A model generated the notes under the pieces. It had not been told where the DNA came from. It did no database searches and worked only from the letters and a program-made list of their open reading frames with translations. From Parcubacteria group bacterium (GTDB lineage Bacteria; Patescibacteriota; Minisyncoccia; Moranbacterales; UBA2206), in the NCBI GenBank assembly GCA_041674205.1, contig JBAYWF010000002.1:46940-110939 (forward strand): a stretch of DNA of 64,000 nucleotides. The letters run 5' to 3'. This document shows, one piece after another, positions 58,787 to 64,000 of this stretch (its first letter is position 1; each line of letters opens with the position of its first letter). A program made the position numbers and the translations under genes.

Positions 58787-59364
58787 ACAACAACGAACTC
58801 CGTTTCTTTCACCGCATACACCGGCAATTTTTCCGCGTAGCCTTCCAGCATTTCCAATTTATCCCTTCCACTCGTTGCCGCATATTCCCCGGTCGACAAA
58901 TAGTGCGCGATCATTTTCGCATGCAAAAAATCCAGGCCTGCTAGGATTTTATCATGATCTTGGTCATAATAGTATTTCATAAACACCAAAGCGCCGGCTG
59001 AAGAACCTGCCACGACCTTGCTCTCGAATAATCTTTGAAGATCAGGAACTTTTTCCAACTGGGTCTGCAGCATCGGCGTCGATCCTCCGCGGATATAGAC
59101 GACATCGCACCATTCCACCTGTTTGGCGAATTCCCCCGGATCGGCGCTGGCGATTTGGAATCCGATTTCGCGGCCATCCGCGCGTGCCTCAAATTTATTT
59201 TCATGCTCCCCTGCCAATCCAGCCCACCGTTCCTTTTCCACGGCGAAATACGTCAACAAAATCTTGGCCGGTCCGGAAACCGAGCCCAGGATTTCTTTAT
59301 AGTATTTATCGTTGCTTTCACAAGGCACGCCCGCCATGCCGCCGTGGAGGAAATATTTGGTCAT
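58771..59364 (-). CDS. peptidase S51 / class I glutamine-amidotransferase-like protein
   Basis: YIRGGSTPML...VVAGSSAGALVF nucleophile elbow. Confidence 0.55.
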   Translation of the reverse strand: MTKYFLHGGMAGVPCESNDKYYKEILGSVSGPAKILLTYFAVEKERWAGLAGEHENKFEARADGREIGFQIASADPGEFAKQVEWCDVVYIRGGSTPMLQTQLEKVPDLQRLFESKVVAGSSAGALVFMKYYYDQDHDKILAGLDFLHAKMIAHYLSTGEYAATSGRDKLEMLEGYAEKLPVYAVKETEFVVVDIHD

Positions 59365-59376
59365 AGGTTTTGGTTG

Positions 59377-59406
59377 GAATATTTAATATACGTTAATACA
59401 ATCACC
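59377..59406. promoter_or_regulatory. motif B-related half copy (upstream of S51 gene, next to motif A)
   Basis: GAATATTTAATATACGTTAATACAATCACC. Confidence 0.4.
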
Positions 59407-59421
59407 TTGAATTATTTTGTT

Positions 59422-59446
59422 GGCTTTCTGCAGAATGTGGGAATGT
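59422..59446. promoter_or_regulatory. motif A copy 1 (upstream of S51 peptidase gene)
   Basis: GGCTTTCTGCAGAATGTGGGAATGT. Confidence 0.6.
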
Positions 59447-59458
59447 TGTTTTTTATAT

Positions 59459-60037
59459 CTATTCCCTTCCGATCTTGTCCAACAATCCATCAAAGGGGAA
59501 ATTTTCAGTATAGATAATCGGGTTTTCAGCTTTAGTCGGACGTTCGAAATTAATAGCATCTTCTGTCAGCCAGCCTGAGGGAACATCATGCCTGTCGCGA
59601 GTTATTTTGTTGCGCGCCTTCCTTTCCTTCAACACCTCAACGGGAATATCCAGATATACTAAAGAAAAATCGACACCCATATCTTTCGCTACGGCACGCA
59701 GATCTTCACGCTGGCGGAAAAGCAAGCAGTTGTCGTCAAAAACCACCGAATTGCCGATGAGCAATTGGTTCTTGGCTCCCTGCACGGCAATCGGCCAGAG
59801 ATTGTTCCACAGCGAATCATCATCGTCGTCCGGCGTGCTTTCAAGGGCTAATATTTTTTCAATGGCAAAATAGATGCGATCGCGCCCGACTATTTCCGCC
59901 CCAAAAGACTCGGACAATTTCTTGGAAAGTGTCGTCTTTCCGGAAAAAGCTTCCCCGCAAAGAATAATGAGACGCTGTTTTTCCTTTTTCATATCATTTT
60001 TAATGTTAATTGATTGTGGATTATCCCGCACTGACAT
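59459..60037 (-). CDS. P-loop kinase (AAA_33 / zeta-toxin-like fold)
   Basis: LIILCGEAFSGKTTLSKKL Walker A. Confidence 0.55.
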   Translation of the reverse strand: MSVRDNPQSINIKNDMKKEKQRLIILCGEAFSGKTTLSKKLSESFGAEIVGRDRIYFAIEKILALESTPDDDDDSLWNNLWPIAVQGAKNQLLIGNSVVFDDNCLLFRQREDLRAVAKDMGVDFSLVYLDIPVEVLKERKARNKITRDRHDVPSGWLTEDAINFERPTKAENPIIYTENFPFDGLLDKIGRE

Positions 60038-60067
60038 TCTGTCTTTCTGCAGAATGTGAGAATGTCG
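60031..60067. promoter_or_regulatory. motif A copy 2 (upstream of P-loop kinase gene)
   Basis: CTGACATTCTGTCTTTCTGCAGAATGTGAGAATGTCG. Confidence 0.6.
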
Positions 60068-60072
60068 TTTTA

Positions 60073-60372
60073 CTAGAATGTTCTTATGAATTTCAGGAAG
60101 AGCTTGCCATAGGGCGAAAGTGAATGCCGGATTCCCCTACCTTGGCGGGTCTTATTGATTAGTCCGGATTGCACCAGTTTTTTAGTATGTTCGGAAATGG
60201 TTTTGATATTGCCTCGCATGATCGCGCAGATGCTATCCAGCGTGATTCCGTCATGTTCAGCCACTATAAACAAAATCTCTATCCTTCGGTGGTTAGCTAC
60301 GCCTTTCAAGTGCCGTTCCATCTGCCGGGGAGTTTTTTGCTTCTTTTCAATTTTTCTCTTTTTGGCTAACAT
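60073..60372 (-). CDS. ArsR/SmtB-family winged-helix transcriptional regulator
   Basis: HRRIEILFIVAEHDGITLDSICAIMRGNIKTISEHTKKLVQSGLI HTH. Confidence 0.7.
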   Translation of the reverse strand: MLAKKRKIEKKQKTPRQMERHLKGVANHRRIEILFIVAEHDGITLDSICAIMRGNIKTISEHTKKLVQSGLINKTRQGRGIRHSLSPYGKLFLKFIRTF

Positions 60373-60445
60373 AATTTAATTTTATAACCGCCAACACACT
60401 ATCATATTTCAATAATATCACAATCCTACCATCCCACAACATCCT

Positions 60446-60472
60446 GGCTTTCTGCAGAATGTCGGAATGTCG
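60446..60472. promoter_or_regulatory. motif A copy 3 (upstream of ArsR gene itself)
   Basis: GGCTTTCTGCAGAATGTCGGAATGTCG. Confidence 0.6.
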
Positions 60473-60627
60473 CGGTGGCATATGTGTGATATGTGCGGGC
60501 TATTTCAGATTGAAGGCTTGGTGCGGGATGGATTGCTCGAGAGCGGCAAGGTCGGATTGGGTGGATTTTTGGCGAGCCTGCAAGCGGGCGATTTTTTCGC
60601 GATTTACATCCAGCCGCATGATGATCC

Positions 60628-61095
60628 CTAATTCAAAATCCAAATCGAATAATTAAGATAGCCGGCGAAGCTGACCCAAAGAATATATGGCGCCAGAAGC
60701 CAGGCGGCTGTCTTGGAAATTTTGGCGAAGGCGATGATTGTGGCAAGGATGGCCAGCCAAAGAAAAGTCATCTCTAAAAGCGCGCCGCCTGGGGAATGGA
60801 GGCCGAAAAAGACAATCGACCAAAGCGCGTTCAAAACCATCTGGATCCCGAAAGTCCAAAAAGCCAAGCGTTTGTTTTTTCCGCCTTCGTCCGTCCAGAC
60901 AAGATAGAGCGCGTAGCCCATCAAAAGAAACAGCGCCGTCCAGACCGGACCGAATACCCACGCCGGCGGATTGAGAGCGGGCTTCACCAGCACCGGATAC
61001 CAATTTTTCACCGAACCGATCGTAAAAAAACTCCCCAATCCTCCCGCCAATTGCGGGATAAGAAGTGAAATGATGAGTTTGTATATTTTTTTCAT
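60628..61095 (-). CDS. tspO: TspO/MBR (translocator protein) family membrane protein
   Basis: 5 TM, Trp-rich, WYPVLVKPALNPPAWVFGPVWT. Confidence 0.75.
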   Translation of the reverse strand: MKKIYKLIISLLIPQLAGGLGSFFTIGSVKNWYPVLVKPALNPPAWVFGPVWTALFLLMGYALYLVWTDEGGKNKRLAFWTFGIQMVLNALWSIVFFGLHSPGGALLEMTFLWLAILATIIAFAKISKTAAWLLAPYILWVSFAGYLNYSIWILN

Positions 61096-61206
61096 ATATT
61101 TATTTTATTTTTTAATTGAGCAATAAAGGTACCCGACCCATTTTAATCATGGTTTTGTGACATGATTGGATGCGCTAATGCTTATTTTTTGCTTTTATTA
61201 TATCAT

Positions 61207-61244
61207 GCTGACATTCTGGCTTTCTGCAGAATGTGGGAATATCG
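61207..61244. promoter_or_regulatory. motif A copy 4 (upstream of tspO)
   Basis: GCTGACATTCTGGCTTTCTGCAGAATGTGGGAATATCG. Confidence 0.6.
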
Positions 61245-61288
61245 TTGTTGCTGTTTTTTTAAAAATAAACCTTCAGGACTAGCTTGAA

Positions 61289-61768
61289 TTATTTTACAAA
61301 ATTTTTGATTGCACTAATAAACTTTCCCGGTTCTGCCTCAATAGCCTTTTTCAATTCATCCCTGGAAAACCATCTGATCGCTTCCACCTCTTTCGGTTCA
61401 ATTTTAAATTCATTCAATCCTCTATCTAAAACTATTTTGTACCATTGGCAGAAATAATTATAGGTTCGGCTAACCCTGACCTTTTGAGCCTTCTCAAATT
61501 CAATTCCGCTCAAACCGATTTCCTCCTCTGCTTCTTTCACGATGTTGCTGTCATATGTTTCTCCCTCATCATTTGTTCCGGAAACGGCCGAACCCCATTT
61601 GCCAGGACTATGGCTCTTATTGAAAGATCTTTGAGCCAAAAGAACCTCGCCCTTGCTATTCTCAATCCACAAAGCACTGACGCGATAGATGTCATCGCGA
61701 ATCACTGAATCTCTTTCCTTGCTTCCGATAATTTCATCCTGCTCATTAACTATGATTATTTTTGCCAT
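61289..61768 (-). CDS. Nudix hydrolase
   Basis: Nudix box GTNDEGETYDSNIVKEAEEEIGL. Confidence 0.7.
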   Translation of the reverse strand: MAKIIIVNEQDEIIGSKERDSVIRDDIYRVSALWIENSKGEVLLAQRSFNKSHSPGKWGSAVSGTNDEGETYDSNIVKEAEEEIGLSGIEFEKAQKVRVSRTYNYFCQWYKIVLDRGLNEFKIEPKEVEAIRWFSRDELKKAIEAEPGKFISAIKNFVK

Positions 61769-61778
61769 AAAAAAAATT

Positions 61779-61828
61779 AAATTACTGAATTCCCTCCATA
61801 GGCGAGTAAAAAATTCATGAATTGTAGT
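61779..61828. promoter_or_regulatory. motif C copy split by ~20-nt insertion (upstream of Nudix gene)
   Basis: AAATTACTGAATT-ccctccataggcgagtaaaaa-ATTCATGAATT. Confidence 0.45.
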
Positions 61829-61878
61829 CGAGGACCGTCCTTTTTAAGCATGAATTTTTTCCCGTATCGGGCTTGGTT

Positions 61879-61916
61879 AAAAATTTAATACTTATCAAGG
61901 TAAGTATTAAATTACG
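61879..61916. promoter_or_regulatory. motif B copy (between NERD and Nudix genes)
   Basis: AAAAATTTAATACTTATCAAGGTAAGTATTAAATTACG. Confidence 0.5.
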
Positions 61917-61919
61917 TAA

Positions 61920-62714
61920 TTATATAACTGTCATTTTTTTATTTTCTTCACCTGATCTGATATACCGAGAAATTTGAAAAGATATTTCATTAACATCATC
62001 CCCACTAAATATTTCCTTTTCATTCGCTAGATATTTCGGTAAAGCTTTTGGCTCTAAAACCCACACGTCATTATTTTTCTTACTTGCCTTAATGAACCAT
62101 CCTGGATACACAACCACCGCCTTAACTGAAACATCTCTGCCTGTTATTTTGAGAATAAGTTTTTGAAGCCAATCCCGTTGCGCCTTTGCTTGGATAATTG
62201 GTTTTTCTGATATAGTCCCTCCGTTCATTCGAATACCTTTACTATCGTAATCAATAATTGCCTGTCCCTTCCCAGGCTTGCTCCATGTTTTAGTTTCAAT
62301 CGTAAACGCTCCAGCTGGCCCGATGATAATGTGATCTAAGTTAAATCCATCGCCAATCAGATCATGAAAAACAAAATATCCCTTGGTTCTCAGCGATTCT
62401 AAAAATTGACCAACTTCTCTTTCACCATCCCTGCCCAATTTTCTATTACTTATTTCCTTTTTTGCATACATATATTTTGCAATAGCATATCCAGTGACAA
62501 CGATTGCAACGAACGTCCATACTTCTGGCAAGGGTGGCTTGTCGTATGTTTTTTCATACCATTGAAGGAGCGCTACGACAATGGTAAATATAGCCAACAA
62601 AGCTGGGGAAATAATGCTATCATAAGCAATATCTCGAATTTCTTCGGTTAGTGATTGACCTGGATAACGCAAGGGCTGAGCTTTTAGTGGCGACTTCTTT
62701 TTTATATTGGCCAT
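61920..62714 (-). CDS. NERD (nuclease-related) domain protein with N-terminal TM helices
   Basis: GRDGEREVGQFL...YFVFHDL...DHIIIGPAGAFTIETK. Confidence 0.6.
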   Translation of the reverse strand: MANIKKKSPLKAQPLRYPGQSLTEEIRDIAYDSIISPALLAIFTIVVALLQWYEKTYDKPPLPEVWTFVAIVVTGYAIAKYMYAKKEISNRKLGRDGEREVGQFLESLRTKGYFVFHDLIGDGFNLDHIIIGPAGAFTIETKTWSKPGKGQAIIDYDSKGIRMNGGTISEKPIIQAKAQRDWLQKLILKITGRDVSVKAVVVYPGWFIKASKKNNDVWVLEPKALPKYLANEKEIFSGDDVNEISFQISRYIRSGEENKKMTVI

Positions 62715-62724
62715 TTTTTTATTT

Positions 62725-62754
62725 TAATTACTGAATTAATTCATGAATTATGGT
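62725..62754. promoter_or_regulatory. motif C copy (immediately upstream of NERD gene)
   Basis: TTAATTACTGAATTAATTCATGAATTATGG; overlapping palindromes TGAATTAATTCA and ATTCATGAAT. Confidence 0.55.
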
Positions 62755-62816
62755 CGGAAATGATTAATTAATGATTGCTCATTATTTTGCCTTAAAAGGT
62801 GCCTGACCCCATATAT

Positions 62817-63455
62817 CTATTTCAATTTGATGTAAATTTCAGGATCACCCTTGATCAGATTTTTGATTTCTTCTATCCTATTTTGCAAGAAATAATCGAA
62901 CTCTTCCGGAATGACGTTCGGAAAATCATAATCATGTGAAACGACCAGGACAGTTTCAGCATCCTCTTTCAGTTTTCTCACTAAGGGCTTCAAATAGCTG
63001 AACGTGTCTATTATGACATCTCTCGCCTCATCGATATCATAGCCATCAGTCTCGCTGAATCTTTTTGCGATTTCAGCCAAGTTTTCATCATTGATCAATG
63101 CATACATCTGAATAAAAGAATCCTTAGTTGGTATATATTCATCAATTTGCTCCAATTTGAAATAGCCGACCAATGTACCTAATTGACTCATATATTGCTC
63201 ATCTCCCATAGCTGAATTTATCAAGGCTGATACCGAACCCATTTTTAAATAAATATTTTCCAGCCCAGCTAAAAAATCATCACCCCCATATCGGTAGGCG
63301 TCTTTTAATTCTGAAAAATGCTCAAAAAATTTATTTTCTTCCGATTCACCAGCCTTCTCCACGGAATCGGCTTTCTTCACAAAATCTAAAAACTCAGCCA
63401 AAGTTTTTTCAGCTTCATCCTTGTTGAACGCAAAAATTTCTGTTATAACACTCAT
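62817..63455 (-). CDS. acidic hypothetical protein
   Basis: 212 aa, D/E-rich, no motif recognised. Confidence 0.4.
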   Translation of the reverse strand: MSVITEIFAFNKDEAEKTLAEFLDFVKKADSVEKAGESEENKFFEHFSELKDAYRYGGDDFLAGLENIYLKMGSVSALINSAMGDEQYMSQLGTLVGYFKLEQIDEYIPTKDSFIQMYALINDENLAEIAKRFSETDGYDIDEARDVIIDTFSYLKPLVRKLKEDAETVLVVSHDYDFPNVIPEEFDYFLQNRIEEIKNLIKGDPEIYIKLK

Positions 63456-63462
63456 TTTTTTA

Positions 63463-63505
63463 GGTAAGTAATTAATTACTGAATTAATTCATGAATTAAA
63501 ATTAT
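63463..63505. promoter_or_regulatory. motif B tail + motif C copy (upstream of acidic 212-aa gene)
   Basis: AGGTAAGTAATTAATTACTGAATTAATTCATGAATTAAAATTA. Confidence 0.55.
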
Positions 63506-63592
63506 TTCTGAAACACAAACAAATGTTCATGCATAATTAGGAGGAAATTACTTTCCTTGGAGCGATTCACCCAAAAGCCTGTGGCTTTGCAA

Positions 63593-63796
63593 TTAAAATC
63601 CTTCTGGCTCATCAATTTTTCCTTTGCAATTTATACAAAAGAATTCTTGTGATTCAACACTTTCATCTCCATGAAAATCATTCCACTGCCTCGTTTCTAG
63701 ATCGAAAGAATAATAACGAGTTTCTTTTTGAACAATGCCAATAACTTCGTTAGTATTCCTGCAATGCTTACATGTATATTTTTTTAATTTTTCCAT
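63593..63796 (-). CDS. small zinc-ribbon protein
   Basis: CKHC...CINC paired CxxC. Confidence 0.45.
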   Translation of the reverse strand: MEKLKKYTCKHCRNTNEVIGIVQKETRYYSFDLETRQWNDFHGDESVESQEFFCINCKGKIDEPEGF

Positions 63797-63797
63797 A

Positions 63798-63983
63798 TCA
63801 TTTTTCTTTTTTATCTTTCAGGTTAAAATGATAAGTTTTTTCATCTTTCAATTCAACTCCAATAACTTCATCAAACTCCATATCTTTGAGCCAAGCACTT
63901 TCTTCTTTGAAATTATCAAATGCTTCCTCCGCAACATTGCCTTTCCCCCATCCTAAAACTTGGCAATTTTCAACATCTGACAT
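63798..63983 (-). CDS. small hypothetical protein
   Basis: 61 aa ORF adjacent to Zn-ribbon ORF. Confidence 0.3.
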   Translation of the reverse strand: MSDVENCQVLGWGKGNVAEEAFDNFKEESAWLKDMEFDEVIGVELKDEKTYHFNLKDKKEK

Positions 63984-64000
63984 GTCACTTTCTGAATCAG

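Noticed and set aside
56700-63990. Transposon/IS or prophage explanation for the island
   Set aside because: No transposase, integrase, terminal inverted repeats at island edges or phage structural genes detected; the repeats are promoter-proximal operator-like motifs rather than element termini. Horizontal origin remains possible but unproven.

Overview
This is a 64 kb bacterial chromosomal window. It is gene-dense, almost every gene is on the minus strand, and no rRNA, CRISPR array, transposase or integrase is visible. The gene content and compact protein sizes suggest a small-genome anaerobe, possibly CPR/Patescibacteria-like; this is inference only. From start to end the window holds: (1) miaB(partial)-miaA, gatB and a pyrimidine/thymidylate module (dut, tmk, folA, a TagD-like nucleotidyltransferase, an N-extended dCMP deaminase, Nudix, HIT, divergent thyA, a P-loop kinase); (2) rplA-rplK-nusG-secE with two divergent tRNAs (Ala-UGC, Ile-GAU); (3) a large PP-loop(QueC-like)+MurD fusion ORF next to a D-aminoacylase-family amidohydrolase, then gap; (4) a hydrogenase neighbourhood holding a two-subunit [NiFe] hydrogenase (small subunit with a ~150 aa Lys/Ala-rich N-terminal tail), a desulfoferrodoxin, NiFe maturases hypC/D/E, a HypF C-terminal-domain-only protein, a His-rich HypA-like protein lacking Zn fingers, and a trimeric [FeFe] hydrogenase module hydA/NuoF-like/NuoE-like in which HydA carries a Cys-to-His change in the TSCCP (L1) motif; (5) fba, tpiA, dedA, galT, a GT2, ruvX, map, adk, secY and the complete spc/S10 ribosomal-protein operons through rpsJ and tuf; (6) recQ plus a RadC-N-domain-only gene, a PUR-like protein, an SRPBCC protein and a RhuM+Fic fusion; (7) a ~7.5 kb island (56.7-64 kb) of about 13 small, separately promoted minus-strand genes (ArsR regulator, P-loop kinase, S51 peptidase, TspO, Nudix, NERD nuclease-like, HAD, Zn-ribbon, several unknowns). 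Each of these genes is preceded by one or more of three recurring dyad-symmetric sequence families (A, B, C). The island with its shared operator-like motifs, the PP-loop-MurD fusion and the hybrid NiFe/FeFe hydrogenase region are the most unusual parts of the window.
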